Below are positions 1 through 13,586 of a stretch of DNA of 64,000 bases, one piece after another. The notes under the pieces were generated by a model, which was not told the origin of the DNA, made no database searches, and saw only the letters and a list, made by a program, of their open reading frames with translations. Made by a program: the position numbers and the translations under genes. Position 1 is the stretch's first letter. Every line of letters starts with the position of its first letter. This stretch comes from Felis catus (lineage: Eukaryota): NCBI RefSeq assembly GCF_018350175.1, contig NC_058368.1:143408001-143472000 (forward strand), written 5' to 3'.

Positions 1-182
1 AAGTTCCAGGTTTAGGAGTGTCAGCTTTACAAACTGTGGTTGGGGTAGAATGGTCTTCTGAGAGAAAGATAATCTATTACTTCTTGGTAGTTAAAAATTA
101 TTGATAGAATTGTAGGACGGGGAGAGAATTTGTTATTTTCTTGCTCCTTTATTTTTACTGGGAGTTTTGAGGATTACCTTTA

Positions 183-414
183 TTTTTTAAATTTTTTAAA
201 ATGTTTGTTTATTTTTGAGAGAGAGAGTGCGCACTCACGCTTGCAAGCAGGTGAAAGGAGAGGTGCAGAGACAGAGAGGGAGAGAGAGAATCCCAAGCAG
301 GCTTCGCATTACCAGCACAGAGCCCAATGTGGGGCTTGAGCTCGTGAACTGTAAGATCATGATGTGAGCTGAAATTGAGTCAGGTGCTTAACTAACTGAG
401 CCACCCGGGCACCC
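183..414 (-). mobile_element. Carnivore tRNA-derived SINE (Can-SINE/SINEC)
   Basis: Reverse-strand head ccacccgggcaccc, (GA)n tract and T-rich tail; diverged TSD tgaggattaccttt / tgaggactgccttt. Confidence 0.9.
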
Positions 415-1529
415 TGAGGACTGCCTTTAAATAGATGCACTACCCTGTTTCTCTGTATCAGCCTAGTTTTTTGGGAGCCTTTTTTTTTTTTTTAATTTAA
501 TGGAGTGACTTAGACATTACTAATTGAATTGATATCCATAAACCGAAGGTTGATTTGTTAGGTATTTGGGAACCTTAAGGATAAGCTGTTTTGCCTGAAC
601 AAGTTGCTTAAAAAAAAATCTATTACTCTGATGGCAAAGAGGCATGTAGAAAACCCATCTTAAGGACAGTGTTCAAATTACCTTAAAGTTTTTTTTCTAA
701 TACGTGGATATGTGTTACGTTAGAACCTCCCTAGTTCATTCAGTATGTTTTAGAGCCAGAATTTGTTACTAATAAAGATCATACATGAAAATGAATGGCA
801 TACTATCAGCAAAAAGATAAGTACCCATTAGTATTCTTTCCAATAAGTGTGTTGTTTCAGCATGGATTACAAGCGAATGATACCCTCCTTTATGAATATT
901 GTGGTAAAAGTTTGCTGAATATTGCTTGCTGGTTTGTTTCCTATCTTCTTTTCCCTGCCTTCTTTGTCTTTTGAAGTTTAATTCATGTTGAATTTCTGTC
1001 TTTCCTTCCCATTAAGATACAAAATACAAAAATGAAATAAAATTTTAAGAATCTTAAAATTGGTATAAGTACTATACATATATTAATTACTTTTATGGCC
1101 TCTAAGAGAAATTTTAAGTGGCAGTTAGAAAACGCTCTTACCTTGTGCTTGATTTAACCCTTTATAAAGTACAACTGCTCCTTGTAGAAGCAGTTAAGGA
1201 GATACGTTTATAAAGAAATCCAAATGTAATTTGATGAAATCTTAGTATGTACAGTAAGGGTTTATGAGTTAGAAAATGTTTTGCTATTGTAGGGATCCAC
1301 TTAAATGAGTGATATACCTCAGCCAAGGTTTAGAATCTCTTAGTTTTTTAAGTATTTTCTGGCATACTCCAAATACTGGTGAAATCCTTAGTGGGAGAAA
1401 AACTTCAGATTTCCAAACTGCCAACATAAAGATTTCTTCTCTCTTCTTCAGAGAGCATTACGTCAGGATTTGTAAAGTTTTTAGTGTGTTTTAAATGGCT
1501 TTATATTTCCCCCTTTTTCTTTTTGACAG

Positions 1530-1666
1530 GAATCTTTTAGTCCTGCTATACAGCTGCATCTTGTACATCAAGCTCCATGTAATGTTCCTCCTTACCTCTC
1601 GAAGAATGAATCAAATCTTGGGGACCTCTTACTGGGCTTTCTTAAATATTATGCTACAGAATTTGA
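1530..1666 (+). CDS. TENT2: TENT2 (PAPD4/GLD2) internal coding exon, ESFSPAIQLHLVHQAPCNVPPYLSKNESNLGDLLLGFLKYYATEF(D)
   Basis: Pyrimidine tract plus acag at 1526-1529, GA|gtaagt donor; 137 nt ending in phase 2; peptide recognised as GLD2 PAP-associated region; joins in frame to the exon at 12103. Confidence 0.96.
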
Positions 1667-4344
1667 GTAAGTGAAAATTTCAAATTGTGTTTATTCATTT
1701 ATCTCTGTGAATGCTACAATTTTGGCCACAAGCTATATTTGTTAGTTTCAGTGCTACAGACTTTTCTAGAAATACACAGTTTATAAAATTTAATATTCCA
1801 ATGATTAATTGTTAGAAACTAAGTAGATTTCACATTCCTAGCTAATGAAAAATTACAGTTCAGTAAGCCCGATTTTAGTAGATTTCAGTAGCGATTTCAT
1901 TTTATGTTTACCTGCCTCTTTTCATAGCAGGGCCTGAATAAATGTTTGTGATGGCCCTGTATAGGTGCTGCATAGTTTGAAACATCTGTTTTTAGCAAGT
2001 TAAGATTTATCATAAACACAGCTAAAACAAACTTGGGAAAAGATCTTCTGGATACTTGATACCTGAATAGTTGTGTTAGTATGAATAAAAATCAAGGAAT
2101 ACTCCTTTTCCTTTTTTTTTTTTGTTTCTTCTTCTGAGGGTGATAGGTAAACATAGAACACTAAAGTGTATAATCAGACTGGATTTAACTGAAAGTTCTT
2201 AAGGGAGTTCTTAGTCCAGATTGAGTGGGATTAGGGATTGTTTGCAGCTCCTCTGAAAAGCTTGAAGGAGGAAAGCTTAGGAGTTGTACAAAGTTAGAGG
2301 AGGAGGGTGCCACTTGGAAGAGATTTGGAGAGAGGGAAAATAGCATTTGTAATAAATTGCTGTTATTAGGTGGGAAAAATTGTTTTAAACTGATACGTAT
2401 TATCTCATTCAGTTTACATAATAACCATATCATATGGTATTATATTATGCCCATTTTACCAGTGAAGCATTTAGAGAGGTGAAGAAACTTTCCTTAAGAT
2501 CACACAGCTAGTCAAGGGAGTATTTCTGTTGGTTTTGACTGCAAAATCCATACTCTTAAGTATGATGCTTTACTGCAGTGTCAGTATTGTTTTGTTTGCT
2601 GTGATGCAGTAGCTCTAAAGAAACCTGCCTCGTAGGAGATGATTTGAAACATAGGGCATGAAAGAAGTAATGTTATTTAAATTCCTCAAAGCAGAGCTTT
2701 TACCATACTGTGCCTGTTTAGTTTACAGTTGTGTCTCCATTACCTGCCCTAGTGCCAGACAGTGGCTACTTGAAAAATACTTGCTATAAATAAATACTTT
2801 TGAAGCAGAGGGTAAGATTACAGACATGTTGCAAAGATACTAAAGGTGACTTAAAAATTACTGAATTAGGTTAAGAAAAGGAGTAGGAAAAATGCTGGAA
2901 GAAAGTAGTTGAATAAGAATGAAGTTAAAATAATCACCGTTAAAAATGACCGGCACCAGAGTGTAAGTCCAGGCAATAAGGATAAAAAGGAAGGAGCCTT
3001 CATTTATAAAGACAAGAAATATAAGACATGGGATGTAAGAGACTGTAAAGGTTATTCTAGAGTTAAGATTTTTGAGATGTTGCAGTAACTGTAGCTAATG
3101 TTTAGTGAGTACCTAATGTCCTACAGTATGCCAAGTGATTTCTATATATTTTTTCATTTAATCCTCATGGTAATCCCCCGTGAGGCCTAGGGAATTTGTA
3201 TACTTTGTATACTTTAAACTTGCCTATGGCAGTACAGCTAGATAGTTAGAGAACTGGGATTCAGTCTGGGGCCTGACTCCAGCACTATATTCTTAATTTT
3301 TAGAATATATTGGCATCGTCTGTTTTATTGTAAATTAGGGAAGTTTGAAGAGAGGGAAAGGATTCATAGAAAAAAGATATATTTCTACCACGTGTAGTTT
3401 AGGACTAGAACATCTAGATACCAGTACCTTGAAAACCAACTGCTTTGTTGGACTGAAACAAGATGGTAGATGTGCAGGTTTGTGTGTTAGTTTAGTATTA
3501 ACAGAAACTAGCCGGTTGTACCAAATGATACTGGCTAGGATGCTGAGGTTTCAAAAGAGGTTTTGAACTTTTGGATGCATTTGTTACCACTATGATACAT
3601 GATTTAGGAGACGTCTTCACCCATTCTTTCATCATACAGTGCAGTTGTCAAGTATATTGTTGTTTCATACCAGATATTTTCAGAAATTTGACTGGAGAGA
3701 GCACTGCCAAGAATGTAGTCATGGCAATGAACTAGGTGCTGTTCAGAGGAATTCTGGCAGCTGTTAGAAATGTTTGTAAGGATTTCTTCTGAACTTGGAG
3801 ATACTCATTTAAAAAATTCTCTTTACTTGAAGGCAGAATTAAGTGCCTATTAAGCAACGCTTGAGTACATGGCATAAATGTTGCAGAAATTTGGTATGGC
3901 CATTTAAACATCACTAAGATTTTCCTATCTGCTTCACTCACAGCTTTCTCCCAAACCTTCCTGCTGAAAATTCTTAAAATGAAGCCATACTTCTAGAACT
4001 GTACCTGGGAGCAGGGAACTGACAAAATAAAAAAAAGGATCAGGTAGCTCAGAGAACCAAGGGAAAAAAAAGTCAGAATGTAATAATTTTGTATTTTAGC
4101 AAAACAAAGGAAAAATTTAAGTTTTAAATATCTTAAAAACTCCTAGGTACTAGAGATTCTAGGAACCTTAAAAGGTTACCTATTTTTTAATCCTCTTTAT
4201 TCTCTGGCTGCCTAATCACATGCCATTACTGCTAGTCTATCTCAAGTTAAAAATGCATGCCTACCTACTTAAATACATTTTTTAAGAAGGAAATTACAAA
4301 GGCCTAATTTTTCCAGCCATCTCCTTTCTTATTCTGATTTTTTT

Positions 4345-5700
4345 CATCTCATTTAATAAATCATTGCCTACTACATATCAAGCTATTTTCTATGCATCAG
4401 GGATATGGCAGTTAACAGAACAGGCAAAAGTGTCTTCATGGAGCTTACGTTGCATATGTCTTGTACTATAGAGAGATAGACAATAAACAAACAAAATGTC
4501 TAGCATGTTAGATGGTGGTAAGTGGAGAAAAATAAAGCAAAAGCAAAAAAGGAGTTTCTGGTATATGTAATTCTTACAGTTTTAATGCCTGCATTGCAGT
4601 TTATTACTTAGCATGGTGAAGGAAAAGTCCCACAGAAAAAGTGATCTTTTTTTAAAAAATTTTTTTATAATGTTTGTTTATTTTTGGGAGAGGGTGACAG
4701 AGTACGAGCAGGGGAGGGGCAGAGGGAGAGGGAGACACAGAATCTGAAGCAGGCTCCAGGCTCTGAGCTGTCAGCACAGAGCCCAGTGCAGGGTTCGAAC
4801 TCACGGACTACAAGATCATGACCTGAGCCAAAGTCAGATGCTTAATGCTTAACCGACTGAGCCACCCAGGTGCCCCGAAAAGTGACCTTTCATAAAGAAA
4901 TGATGGAGAGGAATGTGTGAGTTATGTGTCTGTGGAGAAGAGGTTTCCAAACAGAAGGAAAAGCAAGTGCAAAGACAACCTGAGATGGGGGTTGTCTGAC
5001 ATCTTCAAGGAATAGCAAAGAGGCCAGTGTGCCTGGAAGAGAATTGAAGAAAATGCTTTCAAAGAGTTAAGGAAATCTACATCATATAGGGCTGTCTAGT
5101 TAATTTTGGTGACTTTGGCTTTTCATTTGGGTGATATGGAAAACCACTGGAGGGGTTCCAGTAGAGAAATGATGTAATCTGGTTTGGTTTATCACAGGGA
5201 AGAACAGACTGGCTGCTGGTGGGTAAGAATAGACTGAGGGGAGCCAAGGGCATAAGCAAGGAGCCTACTTAGAAGGATATTACAATAATTTAAGAGAAGT
5301 GCCTTGGATAAGGATGATTATAGTGGAAGTGAATGAAAAGTAGTCAGATTCCTCTTGTATATATTAATTTGCAACAGATTAGATGTAGCATATGAGAAGG
5401 AGTCAAGAATGATTTCTAAGTTTTTGGCAAGCGACTGAAACAATGGAGTTGCCATTAGGTGTAATGGGGAAGGCAATGGAGGAGCATTATTGATTTTAAA
5501 CATTGAAAAGTTGAGATACCTGCAAAATATTCATGTGGAAATATTGAGTATATAGTTGGATATACAAATCTAGAGTTCAGGAGAGAGGTCATGGTTAGAG
5601 CTATATATTTGGGAGTTGTCAACAGGTAAATGGTATTTAAAGCTATGAAACTGTTTGAAAAAACCAATAGGAAAGAGAAAAGGCCCAAAGACAACCCTTA
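4345..5700 (-). mobile_element. Degenerate LINE-2 fragment (interrupted by a SINE; further pieces probably continue to ~8000)
   Basis: L2-type 3' end near 4345 and an RT-region-like segment (gagttcaggagagagg...tgggagttgtcaacaggtaaatggtatttaaagc) near 5570-5650; recognised by eye, boundaries approximate. Confidence 0.6.
4651..4876 (-). mobile_element. Felid SINEC_Fc-type SINE
   Basis: Full head gccacccaggtgcccc and T-rich tail; TSD aaaagtgatcttt / aaaagtgaccttt. Confidence 0.92.
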
Positions 5701-6346
5701 GAAAGTCCCTTGTTAAGAGGTTTATAGGAAATACAGAAGATACAGGAATATGTTAAATGACACAAAGAAGAGAGGCAAATTCAAAATCTAGGTGTTTTTT
5801 GAAACAACTGGCCTAGTCTCTTAAAATGTCAATGTCATTAAAAAAATAAGTGGAGAGAACTTTCTCAGGTTAAGGAGATGGGACAAATACAATACACGAG
5901 CCTTGATTGTAATCTGATTAGGGTGGAGGAATTATAAAAGGCATTTGACTTACTGTTAATTTCTAGATGCTGTTGGTATTATAAAGGAAACAACGTTCTT
6001 TAGGAGATATATGCCAAAAGATAAAGAAATGAAGTTTCATGTATCCACAGCTTAGCAAATAGTTCAGTTCAAAACACGCACATATACACATATACAAGCA
6101 CGTGTGGGAAATGTTAACACTATTGTATTCTTTTTGAGCTTTATGCTTTTCTAGTTTTTCTCTCTGAAGAATTTCATAATACAAAGATGAAATAAAAATG
6201 AGGTGAGGGATAAGAAAGAACTAATTTATAGTCCAAAAGGGAGGATCATTGAGATAGGAGGAAAGCCAATAGAATGTATTGTCTTAGAATCCAAGGGTGG
6301 GGAAGTGTTTCGAGGGGGAAGGAGTGATTATCTGTGTCACAGTTTT

Positions 6347-6574
6347 GTTGTTTTTTTTTAATTTTTTTTTTCAACGTTTATTTATTTTTGGGACAGAGAG
6401 AGACAGAGCAGGAACGGGGGAGGGGCAGAGAGAGAGGGAGACACAGAATCGGAAACAGGCTCCAGGTTCCGAGCCATCAGCCCAGAGCCTGACGCGGGGC
6501 TCGAACTCCCGGACCGCGAGATCGTGACCTGGCTGAAGTCGGACGCTTAACCGACTGCACCACCCAGGCGCCCC
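6347..6574 (-). mobile_element. Young felid SINEC_Fc SINE
   Basis: CpG-rich full-length copy; perfect TSD tgtgtcacagtttt at 6333-6346 and 6575-6588. Confidence 0.95.
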
Positions 6575-6791
6575 TGTGTCACAGTTTTTGATAGGTCAAG
6601 TACAAGTTGAGCAGTAAAAGGTGACCGTTGGAACATTGGTCCACATGGGAAGCCCCTGGTCTCTTGCCAGGAGCAGTTTCTGTGGAATAATGGGGGTAAA
6701 AAGCATCACTGGTGTGGGCTCAAGAGAGAACAGGGAAGAATTAAATACACATAGTGTAGTATATAGAATGGGGAGTAGAAATCGGAGTTAA

Positions 6792-6864
6792 GTCTCTCCC
6801 TCTGCCTCTCTCCCCTGCTCGTGTGCTCTCTCTCTCTCTCTCTCTCAAATAATAATAACAAAAA
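6792..6864 (+). mobile_element. 5'-truncated SINEC 3' end
   Basis: tctctccctctgcctctctcccctgctc...(CT)n followed by an A-rich tail. Confidence 0.7.
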
Positions 6865-7053
6865 GGAGTTGGAGAGTTCAGTGGGGTTGAGTTTTTCAGG
6901 AGAAATAACCCATCTTGATGTCAAAATTGATGATAGCAGGAAAATACATAGTAAATTGTTGAACAGTATACTTTTTTTGAATCAAGGAGGGTTGGAATCT
7001 AGAGCACAAGTGGGATAGGAGCACAGACAATGCATTAATAATAATAATAAGAA

Positions 7054-7277
7054 GGGCCCCCTGGGTGGCTCAGTTGGTTGGGTGTCTGACTTTGGCCCAG
7101 GTCGTGATCCCGCTTTGTGGGTTCAAGTCCTGCATCAGGCTCTGTGCTGACAGCTCAGAGACTGGAGCCTGCTTCGGATTCTGTGTCTCCCTCTCTCTGT
7201 GCCCCTCCTCCACTCTGTCTCCCTGTCTCCCAAAGATAAATAAACATTAAAAAAAATATTAAAAAAAAAAAGAAAAA
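7054..7277 (+). mobile_element. SINEC_Fc-type SINE
   Basis: ctgggtggctcagttggtt head, ctgtgctgacagctcagag body, aataaa and A tail. Confidence 0.9.
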
Positions 7278-8036
7278 GCAGAGTATGTGGATATAGAGGA
7301 ATTGATAAGAGTGGGAGGTTGTAGAAATTATCTTTTGGTTGCTTTAGTTTTTGAGTGAAATGAAGGATGGACATCAACTGGGAATGATTGTGAGTGAGGA
7401 AATTTGAAAAGTGAGAGGAAGTATGAATTATCCCGTAGGAGAATAAAGGAGTGTATTAACTATGGAAATACAATATAATTGGTGGGTAGTAGCATCTAAG
7501 GTCTTTTTGAGCTAAGTCATCATAAATTTAAAGTGCATTTAAAGTTGTCATGAATTTAAAGGTCAGCATGGTTGCATATTTCTCTCCAGGCCTGTTGAGC
7601 TGCATGGGAATGAATTGGAGTAGACATAGATTTAATAATGGTTGTTTTTCTACCAAATAAGATCAGTGCAGCAGGAAGGGTAAGAAAGTTGAGGGGGTGT
7701 GCACGGAAGTGGTTTATTCTGACCATAGACAGAATGTATTAAATTAGTCTCGAAAATGTGGGCACAGGGATGCATGTAGGACATCCAGGTGGTGTTTCCA
7801 GTTGTTAATTGCAAGGATTGTCCTTGAGCTTAGTATCAAGATCAGGGCTGGCGAGAGGATTTGGGAAAGAAACATCAGACTGTTAAAGCTTAGGAGGGGT
7901 GCTGTAGCATTAGAAGAAGATTGAAAGAGGTGAGACCCTGATGGACACCAGAATTTAAGGAGTCAGGTGGAAGAAAGGGTCAGGCAGAAGGAGAACCAGT
8001 CAAAACAAAACAGAACTCTAACAAAAGAAAACTCTA

Positions 8037-8250
8037 GGGACGCCTGGGAGGCTCAGTCGGTTAAGCGTCCGACTTCGGCTCAGGTCATGATCTCACGGTC
8101 CATGAGTTCGAGCCCCGCGTCAGGCTCTGTGCTGACAGCTCAGAGCCTGGAGCCTGCTTCGGATTCTGTGTCTCCCTCTCTCTCTGACCCTCCCCCGCTC
8201 ACACTCTGTCTCTCTCTGTCTCAGAAATAAACGTTAAAAAATTTTTTTTA
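8037..8250 (+). mobile_element. SINEC_Fc SINE
   Basis: gggacgcctggg head; TSD aaaagaaaactctag / aaaacaaaactttag. Confidence 0.92.
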
Positions 8251-8561
8251 AAAACAAAACTTTAGCATTAGGCCAAAATTTTCTGTCTGCATAAGAAGCT
8301 TGAAATCCCTGACAAAGTTTTCTTTTTGTTTGCTTCCCAGCCCCAAATACATATTTGTTCACTTAATTAGACTAGTCTTAGCATATGTGTGTATGTATTT
8401 GTATGTATGTATATGTATATGTATATGTGTACATATATACATGGTCATATAGTATCGGACCCATAATTTTGACTTGCTTTGTTAGACTTAAAATTTTAAT
8501 TTTAATGTTCGTATTTAAGAAAACATTTCAAAACACTTTGTCATTAAAAAAATGGCTAGGA

Positions 8562-8782
8562 GGGGCGCCTGGGTGGCGCAGTCGGTTAAGCGTCCGACTT
8601 CAGCCAGGTCACGATCTCGCGGTCCGGGAGTTCGAACCCCGCGTCAGGCTCTGGGCTGATGGCTCAGAACCTGAAACCTGTTTCCGATTCTGTGTCTCCC
8701 TCTCTCTCTGCCCCTCCCCCGTTCCTGCTCTGTCTCTCTCTGTCCCAAAAATAAATAAACGTTGAAAAAAAAAAATTAAAAA
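8562..8782 (+). mobile_element. Young felid SINEC_Fc SINE
   Basis: ggggcgcctgggtggcgcagtcggttaagcg head with CpGs intact; perfect TSD aaaaaatggctagga. Confidence 0.95.
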
Positions 8783-8944
8783 AAAAAATGGCTAGGAGAG
8801 AGTTAATGGATAAGTAGCAGTCCATTATCATTACTGAAGTAAAGAAGCAGGCATCTTACCAATATAGAGTTGGTAAACTACGTTTTATATTCAAAATATT
8901 ACCATATATTATCAAATCTATTTTAGATTAAATTAAGCCCTCTA

Positions 8945-9160
8945 GGGGCGCCTGGGTGGCTCAGTCGGTTAAGCAGCCGACTTCAGCTCAGGTCATGATC
9001 TCGCGGTCCGTGAGTTCAAGCCCTGTGTCGGGCTCTGTGCTGACAGCTCAGAGCCTGTTTCAGATTCTGTGTCTCCCTCTCTCTGACCCTCCCTCGTTCA
9101 TGCTCTGTCTCTCTCTGTCTCAAAAGTAAATAAACGTTAAAAAAAAAAATTAAAAAAAAA
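8945..9160 (+). mobile_element. SINEC_Fc SINE
   Basis: Full head and tail; perfect TSD aaattaagccctcta. Confidence 0.95.
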
Positions 9161-9296
9161 AAATTAAGCCCTCTATCTGCTTTCCTGACACATTCCTCTT
9201 TTATAGGCTGTATCTTATTTTACACCTTAATTATTGAGTGAAAAATAATAGATTTTCATGTGACAAACAAATTACAATAGAAAAATATGGTATGAT

Positions 9297-9906
9297 GGGA
9301 ATGCAAGCTGGTGCAGCCACTCTGGAAAACAGTATGGAGGAGGTTCCTCAAAAAACTAAAAATAGAACTACCCTATGACCCAGCAATTGCACTACTAGGT
9401 ATTTATCCAAGGGATACAGGGGTGCTGTTTAGAAGGACGCATGCACCCCAGTGTTTACAGCAGCACTATCGACAATGGCTGAAGTATGGAAAGAGCCCAA
9501 ATGTCCGTCAGTGGATGAATGGATAAAGAAGGTGTGGCATATATATACAATGGAGTATTGCTCGGCAATCAAAAATAATGAAATCTTGCCATTTGCCATT
9601 ACATGGATAGAACTGGAGGGTATTATGCTGAGTGAAATTAGTCAGAGAAAGACAAAAATCATATGACTTCACTCATATGAGGACTTTAAGAGATAAAACA
9701 AATGAACCTAAGGGAAGGGAAACATAATATAAAAACAGGGAGGGGGACAGAACAGAAGAGACTCATAAATATGGAGAACAAACTGAGGGTTACGGGAGGG
9801 ATTGTGGGAGGGGAGATGGGCTAAATGGGTAAAGGTCACTAAGGAATCTACTCCTGAAATCATTGTTGCACTATATGCTTAAAAACATAAAATAAAATAA
9901 AATAAG
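9297..9906 (+). mobile_element. 5'-truncated carnivore/felid LINE-1 (ORF2 C-terminus plus 3' UTR)
   Basis: Frameshifted ORF2p C-terminal peptides (PLWKTVWR.FLKKLKIELPYDPAIALLGIYP; WKEPKCPS.DEWIKK.W.IYTMEY); A-rich tail; 17-bp TSD gaaaaatatggtatgat / gaaaaatatagtatgat. Confidence 0.95.
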
Positions 9907-10659
9907 GAAAAATATAGTATGATACAAGAGTTAATTAGGGCCCCGTTTTAAAGAATGACATATTTAGGGAAAATGTTTATAAATTTCCATTTGGATTCTA
10001 CATTTAAATTCACCTCTAAAAATAAAAATAGTAAATAAATTATATATCATATTTTATTATTTCAAATATTTAACAATTTAGAAATATTTAAAAGCGCTTT
10101 GAAAATGCAATAGATTGAATCAGTCTAAATTATAGTGTTTTAAAATATTCTTTTTTTTTTTTTTTTCCCTTTGTGAAGTACTTCAAATGGTATAGTCACT
10201 TAAATAGCTGCATTATTCAGGTTGATTATAGGCTGCAGCTTAAATGATACCTGGTTAGGGATAATAAAGCGAGTGTAGGTATGTAACATATGTTTCTGTG
10301 ACCCAGTTTAGAACTAAGTTTTGGCATGTAATATAAATTCAGGATTGTATTTCATAGAAGTATGGTGGTAAGAAGAGTTCCTTTGATTAAAAAAAAAACA
10401 ACTGTAATTTAACAGCAGGATACAGTATTTCAACATTCTAAATTTGTCTGAAAGAAAAAAAATTGGTCTACACCTTTTTAACATTCCAATTTTAATTTTA
10501 TTTTAGATTCTACTGTCCTTTAAGTTGAATGAGAAACAAGTAGTCTCAGGAAAAAGTTCATTTTATTAGTGAAATTTACCTCAAGTGGTATGAAGTAAAG
10601 TGTAGCACAAAGTATCATTGTTTGGTTCTGGCACATGGTTCTATAACTCTCTCCTTTAC

Positions 10660-10788
10660 ATTGTTTTTTTTTTTTTCTTTTGTATTTATGTATGTATGTA
10701 ATCGCTATAACCAGTGTGGGTCCTGAACTCATGACCCCAAAATCGAGAGTCTTATGCTCTATTTATGACTAGACCAGCTAGATGCCCC
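10660..10788 (-). mobile_element. Old short Can-SINE
   Basis: cctgaactcatgacccc...cagctagatgcccc reverse head and T-rich tail. Confidence 0.65.
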
Positions 10789-12102
10789 TTCCTTGTTATT
10801 TTACAAAAATTTTGGAAACAAACTGGGACCAACAGAGCATTGTAGTTCTTTTCTGTTTTGAGTTTCTACTAATGGAGCTGCTGTACACGACAGATCTAAA
10901 ACATGTTACTGTAATTAATACTAAGTATTTCTCTTTGATAACCTACTTAGTTTTTAAAAAGCATAAATTCTGATACGTATTCTTAATTTAAAAGCTGTCT
11001 TTGCTAAGTATTTCTAGTATTCCTGATAAGAAAAAATAGAAAGTCATACTTCAAGGATCCTATTCAATTATCCAACTTCACAAGGTGCAATGTTTTCTTG
11101 CATATTTAACATAGAGATGGATCAGTTTTCCAGAAACAAATGCCATATTGGACCCATGATTATATTCTTAGAAATTCTTTGTCTGATAAATAGAGGACAA
11201 GTAGATAAATGTTGGAGATGGAAGGTCCCAAAACTTGGTCTTTCTATTCTTACTGAAATGGTGGACAGAACTAAATATGGCTGAAAAAAAAAAAAACAAA
11301 ACAGATTTCACCTATTTTCCAAACTTATTTTTATCTTGTATACAAGGTGAATTGTCATACATTTTAGAGAAAACGAAAATCATACTTGTGCAGAACTATT
11401 ATAAAGAAATAAAAAAACCAAACAAAACCAGAATGTAAGGTTAGTACCTACTACAGACAGACTGGTCAGTTTACCTTTCGACATGCTGATAAAATTGTTT
11501 TATTTGAATATAACTTTACTGTTAATAGCTACATCTGATACACAGCAATAACAATATGTTTTCATAGAGTATTAATTTTTCCTAAAACAGCACCTACTGG
11601 CTTCTATTGGAAAATTGCAAAATTTTCTCCCAAATCATATAAATGGACATGCACTAAACAAGATTATTTAATGATATCAGAAAACAATGTGCGATTACAT
11701 GTCTTAATAAGAAATCCTTCCTGAGGTGCTAACAATGAACATAATTTTTATATTTTCTGCTTATATTTTATTTTTCATATTCATTTATTCAGTAAATATG
11801 TATTGAATGTTTACTTTGTACTAAACAATATTCGAACAGTGAAAAAAATACATAAATTATCTTGGAGCTTTCATTCGGCTTGGGAGAGACACACAATAAA
11901 CAGTAACATAATAAATAAGCAAATTGTTAGAATTTAAGTGCTATGGAGAAGAACGAAGGGGAAATAGGGATTGTGGTGCTGAGGGTGGAGGCAAGTTTCA
12001 GTATTCTGTGAGAAAATCAGAATGGGACTCGCTGTTAAATATGATAAACCTAATAAAATGAAAATTAAGCAAATAGTTAACACGGTATTTTTCTTCTTTC
12101 AG

Positions 12103-12194
12103 CTGGAACAGTCAAATGATTTCAGTTCGTGAAGCCAAAGCCATTCCCAGGCCTGATGGTATTGAATGGAGAAATAAATACATCTGTGTCGAAG
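12103..12194 (+). CDS. TENT2: TENT2 coding exon, (D)WNSQMISVREAKAIPRPDGIEWRNKYICVE(E)
   Basis: ttttcttctttcag acceptor, G|gtagct donor; 92 nt, phase 2 in and phase 1 out; GLD2 peptide recognised. Confidence 0.96.
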
Positions 12195-12351
12195 GTAGCT
12201 TTCCCACAACTACTACTTTACCACCCAGTTATCACCATGGTACTGAGAGAATTACTTGAATAATTTCAGTTTGTATTTCAGTTAAAATTAATACATTCAT
12301 ATTCTGGCTTACAAGTCTTTTAGTTACAAAATTTTCTTTTTTTTCATCCAA

Positions 12352-12724
12352 CTTTTTATTTAAATTCCAGTTAACATACAGTGTAATATTAGCTTTAAGT
12401 GTAGAATTTGGTGATTCAGTACTTACATACACCATGCAGTGCCCGTCACAAGTGCCCTCCTTAATCCTCATCACCTATTTAATCCATCCCCCCACTCTCC
12501 TCCCCTATGGTAGCCATCAGTTTGTTCTCTGTAGTTAAGAGTGTGTTTTTTGGTTTGCCTCCCTTTTTCCCCCTCTGTTTGTTTGTTTTGTTTCTTAAAT
12601 TCCACATATAAGTGAAGTCATATGGCATTTGTCTTTCTCTGACTTACTTCACTTAGCTTAATACTCTCTAGCTCCATCCACGTTGTTGCAAATGACAAGA
12701 TTTCATTCTTTTTTATGGCTGAGT
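12352..12724 (-). mobile_element. Carnivore LINE-1 3' end fragment
   Basis: Reverse L1 3' UTR/ORF2 end (ccatccacgttgttgcaaatgacaagatttcattcttttttatggctgagt). Confidence 0.85.
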
Positions 12725-13586
12725 GTTTTCATTGAATTTAAAAAAATTAATTCTTTAGCTGTAAAAAATAGTAAATACGAATTTAGGCGTTTAATATTCC
12801 AGTTGGTAATATTTGAGCAGTCTTTATTCATCCCTCCTGCTTGTAGGTGATTGAAATTTAATTTCATGACTTGAAGGTGGAAGAAAATATTATCTTCATG
12901 TGATGATTCTTATACTGAGATAAAATGAGTTCTTTTATAGCTAAAATATCGATACTTAAGGCAAGCTAGGTTTTTATGAATAGTATTTATTTTACTTTAA
13001 AAATCGAATGCTCTGAAGATAATCTGTTCTCTAAAATTAATTTACATGTTGTTGAATATTTCTTTGAGTTGGTGGGAAATTGACTTCAAGAGGCAAAATT
13101 ACTCTCACAGATTCCAAGTTGAAGACTTTTGTAAATCTTGAGGTAAAAAAGAATGTGTTAAGTGTTAAGTGCAGTGTTTGTAGGAAAACATCAAATTTAG
13201 AATATTTTATTCTTGGATTATATGCAACATCTTAAGCGTCTTTGAATATGAAATTTAATTTCCTGCTTTGGTGGTTGGTTAAATTGCATAGTGGGTGTGT
13301 ATTATTTTAGTTACTTGTGTTCTTTTGAATATTAAAAACTGTTGTGAAGTGCTGTGTGTGATGTGATCCGGTAGCTTGGCATAAGGCATTACTCTATTTT
13401 TAAAAAAAAGCACAGGCGTTCCTCGGATATATTGTGGGTTCAGTTCCAGACCACCGCAATAAAGCAAATATCACAATAAAGTGAGTCAAATGAAGTTTTT
13501 GGTTTCCTGGTCATATGAAAGTTACGTTTACCCTATATTGTAGTCTATGAGGTATGAATAGTATTACGTCTAAAAGAACAGTATAC

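Noticed and set aside
3560..3960. Unique-looking intronic block with a 69-aa reverse ORF
   Set aside because: No recognisable homology, and the TENT2 reading frame is complete without an additional exon here
6297..9160. SINE heads resembling tRNA genes, and SINE-derived ORFs (e.g. 8385-8765)
   Set aside because: tRNA-derived Can-SINEs with A tails and TSDs; not tRNAs or genes
9311..9666. L1 ORF2-like ORFs as an active element
   Set aside because: Only ~0.6 kb of 5'-truncated, frameshifted 3' end
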